64,000 nt of DNA from assembly GCA_032718475.1 (NCBI GenBank), contig JAUCBJ010005384.1, positions 1 to 64,000 of the forward strand, read 5' to 3'. How positions within the stretch are numbered: the stretch's first letter is position 1; each line of letters starts with the position of its first letter. A model generated the notes under the pieces. It was not told the DNA's origin. It made no database searches and saw nothing but the letters and a program-made list of their open reading frames with translations. Source of the stretch: Nemertoderma westbladi (taxonomy: Eukaryota; Animalia; Xenacoelomorpha). Shown one piece after another: positions 23,764-35,788 of this stretch. The position numbers and the translations under genes are program-made.

Positions 23764-23930
23764 ATTTCGGCAAAAAGGACTAACATCATCCCAATAAATT
23801 ATGTTATCACCCCACGCAAAGCTACCATATTGAATTAGTGCATCAACATTGAATGTAATATTATTTGTATGTAATAAACGAATGTATTATACTTATTCCA
23901 TTACAGTATTTAAGACCAAGACCAAGATTT

Positions 23931-23978
23931 AGACCAAGCAGCAGCTTGGTCTAGTGGTGACATTCCTGGGCTTCCAAA
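23931..23978 (+). mobile_element. Truncated tRNA-SINE head
   Basis: Matches the 5' end of the SINE at 47760-47956 (GACCAAGCAGCAGCTTGGTCTAGTGGTGACATTCCTGGGCTT). Confidence 0.7.
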
Positions 23979-24233
23979 TATACATATACAAATGCATATT
24001 CCAGATTATGATGCATTTATTAAATAGAATAAAATAGCCTCGCGCAGGTGCATAACCATGCAAAATTTGAACGCCCATATCTCAGCTATTTTTCAACGAA
24101 ATTCAAATTGCGTTACATATTTGAAATCCTTGCAACAGTTTTCCATTGGTACCAACAAACAGCTATAAGGTAGAAGAATAACTGCGGTGTAACTATTGTA
24201 ATATCGCTGGATACACTTTTTTAAACGCTTGTA

Positions 24234-24941
24234 CAGTACAGGCCACCAGAAAACGCAGATTTGTACAATTGTGAACACATTTTATCAAATGTGTACCAGT
24301 GTAATGTAATGTTGTTGAACGGGACAATTGAACATAATTGAACATAATTGAATTGGAAACAACCAAAATTTTTTCGCCAAAGGATACAATTGAATACTTT
24401 TGAAACGCTTAGTAATCGGGAAACTCTCTGTAGTTTGCCGCGAACTGTCACTCACTGCAGCTGGAAATGCGATAAGGATTTTGTTTACCTTTATAGTGTG
24501 CGGTTAATAGTGTCTAGTAGGCAGGCCTATAGTTAGTGAGGTTAAGACATCTTCTGGTGTTTCTCTGTGCCCTCTCGGTGTCAGACTAATGGCGCGACAT
24601 CTCCCTGCACTAAATTAATTATTCAATGGTCTAGGCTCCTCCATCCACATACCCATCCACTCCCATACACTCCATGAACCTCCATGTGGTCTTGTATGTA
24701 GTTCTTTCTCTACCAATACAGCCCATGTCGGCAATGTTACGCCCTGGGGGCTCTCTCATCTACCTGATATCAGACATACAGGCGCACCGCACACAAAGCC
24801 TTTGTGGGTCCCAGCAAGTTATCCCCCTGCTGTGTGATCTAGAAGATAACTCGCCATAACCTGACAATCAGATGACTTCAACAAATGTGTTCACATGTGA
24901 TCACATTGGATGAAATCTGCTTTTTCTGGTGGCCTGTACTG
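24234..24941 (-). mobile_element. Tc1/mariner-like deleted element
   Basis: TIR CAGTACAGGCCACCAGAAAA with TA on both sides. Remnant HGGSWSVW resembles the Tc1 HGGGSVMVW motif. Confidence 0.75.
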
Positions 24942-27023
24942 TAGCTAAAGATTGAAAGCAAAAATAAAAATTCTGGCTCACCCAGTCAGTGGTCGGGAGG
25001 TGAAACGTGTTCTAGAAGAGAAATCAGTATCAAAATTGAAAACTAACACTTGTTCTATAACATTTATAAATAAATTAGCAACAACTGGCTAGAATTAGAA
25101 AATCTCCTTAAATATTCTTTCAAATACGAGTTTTTGAATGGGAGAATCTTTTAGGCTCGATAAGCCAAGGTGTTAAACAGGGGCGATCAGGAGCGCGTTA
25201 TTACTGCCGCACTACTACTAAATACAAAACTGCTTCTCACCGCTGCATGGCGCTAACCTGGCCGTCCGCTAATATATTTTACTAATTTTATACGGCTCCT
25301 GCAAATTGCTTGTTCCTTTATCTTCCGATCGCTCGACAGAGAGCTAACTGTTCGAATCTATGAGCCACGCGGGAATAACCAAAACAATAAACCCGAATCG
25401 CCTCCCTAAGCTACTTAAAACGAGTGTGGGAGAGTTTACACTCAGCATGTTCACTTATCGCCTAATCGCAAATACTGGGGTTCACTAACAGAATTTATGA
25501 ATGTGAGAATGTTTAAATTAACTTATAATGACTGAATGACCTATTGTGACCAATCGTGGTACTGTATTTGGGTCTAAATTTGCCTTTGGCTGGCTTTAGG
25601 CCAGCAACTTACTACTGTATACTGGATGCTGTTATCAGCTTGTTGCCCGCTATTATCAAATAATTGCCTAGCGTGAATAGTCTACAGTCTAATTACTTAA
25701 ACTACTCTCCGCTATGCTGCGTACAACTACTACTTATTTTAACGCTAATTAACTACAGTCATAAATACGGAACAGCGTACTAATTACTAAATGTTCCAGA
25801 ATACGCAATTCTAATTTATTACGTACTGGGTTACACTAGGAACAGCCTAAATACTGTATTATTTTGACCTAATCAGCAATTATTAAACGTAAACTAAGAA
25901 ATAGAAATCAAGCAAGGGAAAGGCGCCTATCTAAGCATTCACAATCAAGAATCAGGCACACCTTAGCAACACACAAATCAGCGTAGCAATCAGCTAGTAG
26001 TACGGTACTGCGTTGACTACCAGTCAGCTAGTGTACTAAAACCACACAGTAGCATATCAGTATACCAGTATAGTATGCAATCAACAATTCACAAATAGCA
26101 ATTAGTAGTTGATAATTGGCAGTGTAAGACACGGAGGCCTCTCCCGGCTACATATAGGCTTCCTAACTAACCCAAGTCCTGCCCCCTAACACTACAAATA
26201 GAGACAAAATCTGGATCGTCAGTCCCCTATTATTGTACCGGCAACCGGTCTTCCGTCCCCACTGACTACCTCCCGACCACAACGGTGACCCCCCGCCAGC
26301 GTTGCCCGCTTTTGAATCCTCTGCACTCCTTTCGTCACTACCCCCCAGTGCGCCCGCCGCGCCTACCGGTACCTTAGCCCTCCATTAGAACGAATAGCTA
26401 CCATAGCGGCGCATGCATTCACAAACAGCCTGGCAGTCTAAGGAAATCCCGTGGGATTATCGCATCTTAAATCACATAGAAAACTATTAATCAAAGGTAG
26501 AAATCATAGTTCGAGGTTGAAATTTGCAGTAACCATTATTAATTGAGAAAATAAAGCAAAGAATTTAAAGCAGAAATCAGAATTTACAAATAATTACAAA
26601 TTATTGCAAGCGAAAAAGGTTGAAAACGAGATGCACAGAAAAAACAGGGTAGAACAGGTTGAGAACAGGTAACACATACCGGAAATACAGCCAATTTATA
26701 GGTGATTCAACAGGGATGATGCAATAATCGTCTCATTGGCTCATCAATCCACGCCACCACTAGACCAACCTTGTGGTGTTCTATGTTGTATGGTGGAATT
26801 GTGTGGTGGAATGGATGGCTCGCCCCTGATGAGGAAGGTCGGGGGAGGGGAGGTAGGCCTAGTGGAGAGTGAGGGATTGGAGAGATAGTGGACCTGTGTA
26901 CCGGTAGTGGAAATTAGAGGTTTCAGGGTTTTGGTGATTTATCTGGTTGGTATTGAAGAGATTAAATACAAAGATTGTTTATTGACAGACTTCCGCCATT
27001 TTCCCACAAGCTATCACCGCAAA

Positions 27024-27953
27024 ATGTCAGATTCAGACAACGAAGGAAATGTTGCTGGAAACGGAGTAGTGTCCGGTACCGGTGCTGTCACGACTTGTGC
27101 CGGTAGCAGTAGACCGCGGTTAAGTGTAAAATTAGATGGGATAATTGAGAAGTTTTCTGGACTAGATTGTGGACAAGATTTTGCAGAGTGGGCCGCAAAG
27201 TTTGAAATTGTAGCTCGATTACAAGGTTGGACTGACAATATGGAAGTTTATTTTCCTTTGTTTTTGACTTCTAGTGCATTTGTGGTTTATCAGCAAACGC
27301 CGGATGAAGATAAAGAGAGCTGGCCAGCGATAAAGAAGCGTTTAAACGATGCCTTTTCGGTAACTCAGTCTCAAGCCTACCAATTATTTAAAACACGCAT
27401 TGTGAAACCGGGCGAATCTTACGATGTTTATTTAGCGGAATTAAGGAAGTTGTTATTGCTTTCTGGTGTAACCGACGTCGATTCAGCTACGCCTATTCTT
27501 CGGGGACAGTTTTTGGCAGGTCTACCAAGTAATGTAACCCAACATCTAACAGCTGCCATTGAAGCTGAGGGAGTTGAACTGCAACTTTCAGAGTTAGTGG
27601 CGCGTGCTAGAAGAGTATCCGGTATGTTAAAGAAAAAAGATGCTGGTAATGGTACTTACGATTGCGTTGTAGGTGCCATCGAACGGCAGGGGAATGTTGG
27701 TGTACGAGGGAATGGTCCAATCCTAGCTGTCTGCTGGAATTGCAGTGAAGTGGGACATATTGCCCGACAGTGCCCCCGGGGTCAGAATCGAGGAAGTGGA
27801 GCGCGCGGTGGGATACAATGTTGCGGATGCCGAGGGTTTGGTCACACGCAGCGTGAATGCCCAACTGTCCAATGGAAGTTGGGTTCGGAAAACTTTTCCA
27901 GGGGGGTGTATTCGCAATCCGCGGTCACCCCCCGCACTTCCTTCCAACCGTAA
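27024..27953 (+). CDS. gag: Gypsy Gag with two CCHC zinc knuckles
   Basis: ATG at 27024. CWNCSEVGHIARQC and CCGCRGFGHTQREC. Confidence 0.92.
   Translation: MSDSDNEGNVAGNGVVSGTGAVTTCAGSSRPRLSVKLDGIIEKFSGLDCGQDFAEWAAKFEIVARLQGWTDNMEVYFPLFLTSSAFVVYQQTPDEDKESWPAIKKRLNDAFSVTQSQAYQLFKTRIVKPGESYDVYLAELRKLLLLSGVTDVDSATPILRGQFLAGLPSNVTQHLTAAIEAEGVELQLSELVARARRVSGMLKKKDAGNGTYDCVVGAIERQGNVGVRGNGPILAVCWNCSEVGHIARQCPRGQNRGSGARGGIQCCGCRGFGHTQRECPTVQWKLGSENFSRGVYSQSAVTPRTSFQP
27887..27951 (+). promoter_or_regulatory. -1 ribosomal frameshift signal (slippery site plus stem-loop/pseudoknot)
   Basis: G GAA AAC at 27887-27893, 7-nt spacer, stem GGGGGGTG/CACCCCCC. Loop GCGGT can pair with ACCGT at 27947-27951. 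pol is in the -1 frame. Confidence 0.75.
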
Positions 27954-30900
27954 CATGTCAGTTAACATTTCCTTGTAATAAAGGAGATATTTTTACGTTT
28001 ACAGCCAGGTTGGACACGTTTTGTACAGAGTCTTTAATAACTAAGAAGTTGTTGCTTAACAATTGTATTAACTTTCGGTGTTCAGAATTTAATAATACTC
28101 TTGGAACATTAGGGGATAGTGTAGCCGTACATGGTAGTGTGTGTGCTCATATCAATGGTATAGATGGAACTGATACAAGTGTCGAAATATGTTTGAAGGT
28201 TGTTGACACTGAGTGTTTGTTTGGTGTGGATATATTATTGGGGGCAGATTGTCTAACTATTTTTGGAGAGTTAAATGTAGTGTATGACCGTGACATGGGG
28301 GTGTGTAATCTAAAATTGCCATTGATGCATGAGTGCGTACATGGTACCCAAACTAAGCTGCTTGGGGCCCTTAATAATGAGCGTAGCAAGCCTTTTGTCG
28401 CTGCTGCAATGTCTGATAAGTCTGGTGGCAGTTGTGAACAATCATTACTTAATGTCAATGCTAAAGAGTGGTACCCAAAATGTCCATTGCAGACGGTATA
28501 TAACCATAGTTTGTTGTCACAAACTAATCGGTTAGGAAAATTTATTCGTGTAGAACAATTTTTGAATGGTGATATATGTTTGCATGATAAAGATTTTAAT
28601 GTAACATGGCATAACATCGATAAGCGGTGGGTTCTAGAGTGGAAGTGGATATCAGGAATTCCACCTGTTGGTCATATAGGTTCCGGCCTAGGTGAATATA
28701 ACATTAAATTTCTGATAGACAGCTAGACCTATTTAGTGGTGAAGTGAATAAGTGGGTTACCAATGGTTGGATGGTTAAGCATGACCCTCAGGTTCATGGT
28801 GAGCTTAAAGGAGTACTACCCCTAATGCCAGTTCTACAGGAACATAAACCGACAACTCCCGTACGGCCTGTGCTAGATTATACCCTATTAAACAAGTTAT
28901 TGTGTGCTGATCCCGGTCGGCAAGTGGCAGTTTGTAGCGAGTCAGTTAGAACATGGCGTAAAATGGGTAACAATACCAAACTTTTAGACCTATCTAAGGC
29001 TTATCTACAGGTTCATGTAGTTCCATATCAGACTGTGTATCAGGGGGTGATTTGGAATGATGAAGTGTATATTATAAATCGAATGGGATATGGGCTCGAA
29101 ATCGCTCATAAAGTTTTACATGCAATAGTTTCATTTATTTTTGACACCGGTGGTTACACCATGGAACAGGTTGATAAGTATGTGGATGACATCTATGTCA
29201 ATGAAGATTTAATAAGTGTAACTGAGGTTCGTGCGTTACTAATGCGGTTTGGTTTAGAAAGCAAGGACCCTGAAGGTCCCCAAACAATGAGTCTTCTGGG
29301 AATGAATATTTACCAAGATCCTTGTGGTGTGCTACAGTGGACAAGGAAAGATAAAGATACGTTAGCATTGCCTAGTAGGTTAACCAAACGAGAAATATTT
29401 TCCTGGTGTGGGAAATTAGTGGCCCATTACCCTGTTGTTAGTTATATTAGAGTTTGCTGTGGGTGGTTAAAACGTCTCTGCGACAATCATTGGGATGATC
29501 CAGCTAATTATGCTGTGAAAGAACTTGCTATTGATTTGTATAACATGGTCAGGGATAACAATACAGTGCGTGGAGTTTGGTCTGTGCAGAACACTATCCA
29601 TAGTAAAGTAGAGTTGTGGGTGGATGCCAGTGATATAGCCAAAGGTGTTGTACTTGAAATTGATGGTAGTGTTGTTGAGGACGCACGCATCCTGGTTACG
29701 TAAGGCAAAGGATTTTTCGCATATCAATGTAGCTGAGTTGGACGCATTATTGGAGGGCATTAATCTCCTTGTAAAGTGGAATTTGGTTTGCAAACGGTGT
29801 CTAATATATACGGACTCTGAGGTAGTGTATAATTGGATGCAACAGATGTTGAATAACACTTGCAGGTACCACATTGGCGGAATGACAGAAGCAGTAGTTA
29901 GACGCCGATTGCAAATAATAGAGGAAGTCATTGACAGTTATGATCTAGAATTAACAGTTAGCAAAGTATCTTCCAAACTGAATAAGGCAGATAAGTTAAC
30001 GCAGATTCCAGAGCGTTGGCATAAGATCACTAAGCAAGTAAGATTGTGTGGGGGGGTCTTTGCAGCTCAAGTTGTTGAAAGTGTTCCTATATCAAGAATC
30101 CTCAAACAACAGTATTTAGATACTGTACTAGCGGAAGTGCGAAATACTATTCTGAACGGCAGCTGGGGCGATATGTGTAGTGATAACCCATATAGAAACT
30201 TGGACAAGCAACTGTCCATAGATCAGAATACAAAGTTATTGGTACGGGAAGTGAAAGTACCTCCAGATGACATTGTTGTAGTTCCTGTTGTTCCGGAATC
30301 TTTACAATTAAGCATAATATCGCATTGTCATTCATCAAGTGGGCATGCGAGTTGGGGATTGACTAGGGAGAAACTCAGAAGGGTTTGTTATTTCACATGT
30401 ATGTCTGCCAAGTGTCAACTGTTTATTAGCAATTGTAAATCGTGTTCTCTCGTGAGTGTCAAACGTCATATCAGTAGCTTCCCTTCAGACCGTACAGTCA
30501 TTGCAGATAAGCCCTGGCAAGTTGTTTACGTAGACACTCTCAAAGCTGATAATCGGAATATCTTAGTAATGGTCGATTTTTTGACTAAGTGGATAGAAGT
30601 AGAGATGCTGAAATCAATGAAAGCTGGTGATGTTGCTGATGTGTTTCTAGACAAATGCCTTTTATGGGGACCGCCTGAAGTCGTAAGGAGTGATAAAGGG
30701 AGTGAGTTTGTCAATGGAATTATTGAGAGTATCTGGAAAGTTTTTAAAGTTAAAGCAAGACATGGCGCAGTAGGTAATCCCCGAAGTCAAGGGGCTGTAG
30801 AACGTTGTCATGGAACCATTTTGACAATATTACGTAAAATTATCAGTGATGAATCTGACAATTCTTGGGAAACAAAGATTAAGTGGGCCCTTCATGCTTA

Positions 30901-31567
30901 CAGGAACCGTCCAACCACCACCACGGGTATTTCCCCAATGAGAGCATTTTGTGGCTGGGAGGGTCAACAGGTAAATTGCGGTTCTATGAATGGTTACAGT
31001 TGTAACACTTGGATTGGTCGTCAGTTAGTTGAGGGTGCAAAGATAACTGATTATGTAGAGCAAAAACTGTCGAAACTTGATTACGTGCCTAACAACGAAA
31101 ATGTACGACAGTTTGAAGTCGGTACTCGTGTATATTGGCATAAGGGTTTGAGGCTTGGTAAGAAGGATACACCATGGATGGATGGGTGGAGAGTTAGTGC
31201 TGTGCTGGGGCCGTCGAATTATGAGATTTCACATGATTCACCTAATCGTAGAGCAAAGGTGGTGAATGTCGACGCCATCAAAGAGGCAGTAGGAAGTGGT
31301 AATGTGTTGCATCACGGTAGTGCTCGTGGTAGTGATCCACCAGTGGGAACTAGGGTCGTCGAGGCAGTCACTTTGAATGGAGAGTTAGAATTAGGTGACT
31401 TAGTTTTACCAAACATAAGTAACAGTCAGATATCTTGCACTCAGCCTGAAGTATCTACTGTTACAACAGATGTCGCGAATGAGTCCTCGAGTAGTGATAA
31501 TGATTCACAAGTGGTAACAAAGAGTGGACGTGTTATAAAACCACGCAGTTATTATGGATTCACGTAA
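27890..31567 (+). pseudogene. pol: Gypsy pol (protease, RT, RNase H, integrase) with two frame breaks
   Basis: LDTFCTES, LDLSKAYLQ, YVDD, VDAS, HINVAELDA, YTDS, HHCC and D,D35E-type integrase. Breaks near 28725 and 29690. Confidence 0.92.
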
Positions 31568-32461
31568 ATGAGTTGTGGATGTATTTCTTGTAGCCAAACA
31601 CAATTCCAGGGAGGGTTGTGGTGTTCTATGTTGTATGGTGGAATTGTGTGGTGGAATGGATGGCTCGCCCCTGATGAGGAGGGTCGGGGGAGGGGAGGTA
31701 GGCCTAGCGGAGAGTGAGGGATTGGAGAGATAGTGGACCTGTGTACCGGTAGTGGAAATTAGAGGTTTCAGTTTTGGTGATTTATCTGGTTGATATTGAA
31801 GAGATTAAATACAAAGATTGTTTATTGACAGACTTCCGCCATTTTCCCACAACCTGGAACAGCTGGGCCAATAGGGAAGCCGGATTGTGAACCTAAAGGC
31901 TCCCAAAATCGCAAATTATTACCATATATGGTAATGGTTGCGTTACTTAATTTCGCGATATTTAAAGCACATTACGTACAATCTAACATAAAGCCAATTT
32001 GAAAACAAATATAATAGAAATTGATGCAAATACACGATTAATATCAATTAATACAAATAATAACAAGCTTACATTAAGGTTTTATAGGAAACTTGCTACA
32101 GTAATGTTATTTATTTATGTTTTATTACAAAATTACGTATGTAGGGCTACATACTATACAAAATGGATAAGATCTACAAATATGGATATTTTATTTTTCC
32201 CTATCTAACTATGGTTGCATGTCATTATGGCTTATCTAAATATTCTATATGATATGGCTGATAATATTACAACCAAATGGGCTGATAATAGTACACAGCG
32301 CCATATATCGTAACACCGCTCCAAGGGAAACAAGCAATGTTTCCCTCCAATAATTGTAGAAGAATATAGGGCAATGTAAATAACAAAATAAAATTTACTT
32401 CCAAATATCTAATAACTTGGTCCTATAATAGTTCTAATATTTACAACTATTGCCATAGGTA

Positions 32462-32619
32462 TTGCATAATGATTTACATACGAATTAAATTTACAAAATA
32501 TTATCTCTCTCACTGCATAATGATTATTACATACAAATTAAATTTACAAAAATATTGCCTCTTTCACTGCATAATGATTATTACATACAAATTAAATTTA
32601 CAAAATATTGCCTCTTTCA
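32462..32619. repeat. Three ~55-bp AT-rich tandem repeats
   Basis: TGCATAATGATTATTACATACAAATTAAATTTACAAAATATTGCCTCTTTCAC repeated three times. Confidence 0.85.
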
Positions 32620-33490
32620 TTTACAAATTGAAGGTCTACATAATAATATAAAAACCCTGGCTAGGGCAGGTGAAAGGAGTATGCCAAACCCGCAGGTTTG
32701 TCTCCCCAGTCACCTCCTTCGCCTCTCTCTGCTAATATTCACTCTTACTATAATATAAAATTCTAGAATATATGAATACGACTAGTATATATGAGTCCAG
32801 TCGATAATTTTAACAAATGCTACGATATACATCAGAGCGACGATGATGTATATGTCTAGAGTCTGTTGCTCCGTGATACTATCGCATTATCGAATTGCTC
32901 CTGGTTTCTTCGGGCTCGCTCCTCTTTTTCGCCCCCTCCCCAGATACACTAATTTTCCTCCTGTGGACTCAGTTGACGGTGACGTGAGGTGTCACTTCCC
33001 GGAACCGGCGAAGACGTTCCCTGAGCACTGACTATCTCTCTACTGGTGCTCCTCCCTCAGCCTCGTCCCATTTGCCGTGTCCCTGCGGGCGCCTCCACCA
33101 ACTCCTCTTTCTGCAATTGCAGGCGCGCCCTTTCAGACGCGCCTTGTGCCCTTCGTTGCAGTCTTTGTGCATCAATAATCGAATGATACTGCTTGTCCTT
33201 GACCTGACGCTTGTCTAGGACTCCTCCTTCCTCTCTGGTACTTGCCGCGAACTGTGAGCTCCGGCTGTTGTCGCTGTGGGCGCCGCGGTTCGTTGCTCCT
33301 CTACTCGTTCGGCGGTCAATGACCCCACCTGTACGTGAGTCAACAGGAATTCGTTGCGGTATTGTATAGCCGCCATCCTCCAATCTCCTCGCGCGTGCAC
33401 CACCTTTCTCGTCTCCGAAAACACTCCTCTGGTTATTCTGTCACTAATAGCAACAAAATTCTAGGTATATTTATTGTCCATGTTCAATTG

Positions 33491-35788
33491 TCAGAAATAT
33501 GATCTAATGACTACGACTCCTGTGTTCTGTGGAAGGTCTTGTGCAGTTAGTATTAGCTCCTGATATTGCGGTAAGGATTGCAAATACGGTTCATTTGCGA
33601 CGTGTGATGGAACTACCGCCCAGAACCCATATCCTGCTTTAAATGGCAACCACCGCATTTGCGCCTGGATGTGGTAGTCAGCCACACCCTCCCACTTGTC
33701 TAACATCTCCCGGAGGAGGTTGGTACTATGATTCTTGAAAGAATCATCATGCAGTTGACATTTCGCACTACGGTGTCCCTTTACTCCACAATATCCAAAC
33801 TGAGAAATGAAGACGGTGCATATATGGAATGAATGGTCAGTCTCGTTGCACCAACGGCAAACCTTATGCGCCGCCTCTACTACAGCATCGCATGACTTTT
33901 GACTATGCCTTGTGCTGCCGCACAACTTGCATCTACGCGCTTGTGGAAACCAGGCCCTCTCGTATATGAGGTCTCCAATCGGCTTCGCACTCCCTTCCTT
34001 CCCAATGTCTAAAACAATGTCGTCCTCTCCGGTCAAAGGTTGTCGATCCGGAACAAAGTAATCATCCTCAACTTTGTCCTCGATCTCCAATATTTCCTCT
34101 CGCATCCGTTTCGGATCAGTCTTCTCCACCGGGAGATCCATTCCGAACACCTCCCCTAACATCTCGGGCCAACCGTCTCTAATGGGTCTATCTGCCTCAA
34201 AGTGGACGGGAGTACCAAACCCGCGGGTTTGATTCCCGAACCACTTCTCCAAGGCCTCTGGCGTCGGATACTCCATCAAAGGTCGGTCTCCCAAATCTCC
34301 GATGTTCTGTCGATATACTCTTTCGAATATCGCTAATCCTTTCCTAACCATCGACGTGTTTTCAAGCGATTGGTTGAAGAACGGGGTTAAGAAACGCTTC
34401 ATCACGTCGGATTGGATTCTTCTTTTCGAACGAACGTATTGATCTCCTCCAAACACCAATGGATGACGTTTCAGAACTCGCACAACGATATCTGCGACTA
34501 AACAAGTTACCGTGTTCGACTCCAGCACCAAATAATATTGCAGCGACGCACGGGGTGGCGCGCAGATGTTCCAATACACTAACGCTTGCCGCATGAAGTG
34601 GGATTTGAACTCCGCTCCCGGCGGCGTGTTATATTCACCGTACGCCTCCTCGTATTTCTTTTGCATCTTCAACTTGAAGTCCCAGTTGTACAACAAATGC
34701 GCTATAAAGCCCATACCAGTCTTAGCAGAGCTTGGGTACTCCCTATAAATTCCAATATCCTGTGCCCATAGCAACAATAGTTTGGTGTCGACAAACGGTC
34801 TCGGCAATCGATCCTCCAAATCCGTCATGGCGTTGAAGTCACTCTCCAAATCACTTTGGACTCCTGATCCCACCTTGACGTAATCCTGGTTGAGAATCGC
34901 CTCTCTAACTTTCTTGGGTAACATCCTGGCGTTGATACGCTCCACTCTGTGCATACCCCCTCGCCTACATACCTCCAAGATCTGCTCCCTAGGATCCTTC
35001 CCTCGCCGATATTGTGTTGTTATGATGGGCTCCGGTCTCTCTTGGTCTGCCCTCACGCGCATAAATACGTGAGTCACGCCATCAGCTGCGCGAATTTGAA
35101 TGCACTTGCTAGTTAGGCACTCTTGGTGGGACCCTCCCTCGTTGTCGTAGAACATTATGTGCCAATCCTGTAGGGATTCCTCCGTCTTTCTCCATTGACG
35201 CTGGATCTCATCGGATGGGGTCCACATGCGCTCGATAGCCCTGTGGTCATCATATTGGGTATAGGAACCCTTCCTCCTCAGCCACACCTGATCTACCTCC
35301 TCGTCGCCTGGGAATGTAGCCACCACGACCCATACCTTTATATACTTCTCCAACCAACCAAATAACTTGCTCTCCTTCCCCGGAGCTCCGATCTTGTCTA
35401 ACGTATCGTAATCCGTTATCTGCATTGGGACGTCACGCAAGAACTTCGCGCATAAAACTTCCCGTAGGCAGTCGACGTTCCAATGATCCGACAACGTCAC
35501 CATCGGCAAGAATCGAATGGCTTCTCGCGACTCCGGGTGATCTACCAATATCGCAGGTTCGTTGCCGTCGGAATAATACACTGGTTGGGGTTGAGATACA
35601 GCCTGTGGAACCATTCCAGTCACTCTCCTAGTTTCCTCCTGATGTCTATCCGCCGTCTTATTATACTCCACTATCCGCTCTTCGAATAACTGCTTCGCTT
35701 TCGCCGCTCGCTCCTCCTGCCGCAACGAGTCTATATCGTCCTGATGCTCAGGCGTGAGCTTTCTCCCTCGGTGAGGCGAAGTGAACAT
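33491..35788 (-). CDS. Unknown 765-aa protein with C-terminal CCHC zinc knuckles (part of a longer decayed ORF starting near 36596)
   Basis: CKLCGSTRHSQKSC, CRWCNETDHSFHIC and (F)GYCGVKGHRSAKC. Coding-like sequence continues upstream through stops and frameshifts to the ATG at 36596. Confidence 0.75.
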   Translation of the reverse strand: MFTSPHRGRKLTPEHQDDIDSLRQEERAAKAKQLFEERIVEYNKTADRHQEETRRVTGMVPQAVSQPQPVYYSDGNEPAILVDHPESREAIRFLPMVTLSDHWNVDCLREVLCAKFLRDVPMQITDYDTLDKIGAPGKESKLFGWLEKYIKVWVVVATFPGDEEVDQVWLRRKGSYTQYDDHRAIERMWTPSDEIQRQWRKTEESLQDWHIMFYDNEGGSHQECLTSKCIQIRAADGVTHVFMRVRADQERPEPIITTQYRRGKDPREQILEVCRRGGMHRVERINARMLPKKVREAILNQDYVKVGSGVQSDLESDFNAMTDLEDRLPRPFVDTKLLLLWAQDIGIYREYPSSAKTGMGFIAHLLYNWDFKLKMQKKYEEAYGEYNTPPGAEFKSHFMRQALVYWNICAPPRASLQYYLVLESNTVTCLVADIVVRVLKRHPLVFGGDQYVRSKRRIQSDVMKRFLTPFFNQSLENTSMVRKGLAIFERVYRQNIGDLGDRPLMEYPTPEALEKWFGNQTRGFGTPVHFEADRPIRDGWPEMLGEVFGMDLPVEKTDPKRMREEILEIEDKVEDDYFVPDRQPLTGEDDIVLDIGKEGSAKPIGDLIYERAWFPQARRCKLCGSTRHSQKSCDAVVEAAHKVCRWCNETDHSFHICTVFISQFGYCGVKGHRSAKCQLHDDSFKNHSTNLLREMLDKWEGVADYHIQAQMRWLPFKAGYGFWAVVPSHVANEPYLQSLPQYQELILTAQDLPQNTGVVVIRSYF

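Larger units (their letters stand above)
26772..31851 (+). mobile_element. Full-length Ty3/Gypsy LTR retrotransposon
   Basis: LTRs 26772-27008 and 31617-31851 (TG..CA; 3 substitutions and 2 small indels seen). 4-bp TSD ACCT. PPT AGGGAGGG. Gag-PR-RT-RH-INT order. Confidence 0.96.
25171..32315 (-). mobile_element. Probable ~2-kb 3' LTR (family C), interrupted by the Gypsy element
   Basis: Minus strand reads TGTTACG...TTTAACA. It is preceded by PPT-like GGAGCGG and a hairpin GGGAAACA-AGCAA-TGTTTCCC, the same layout as beside the BEL PPT at 53952. No partner LTR seen. Confidence 0.55.
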
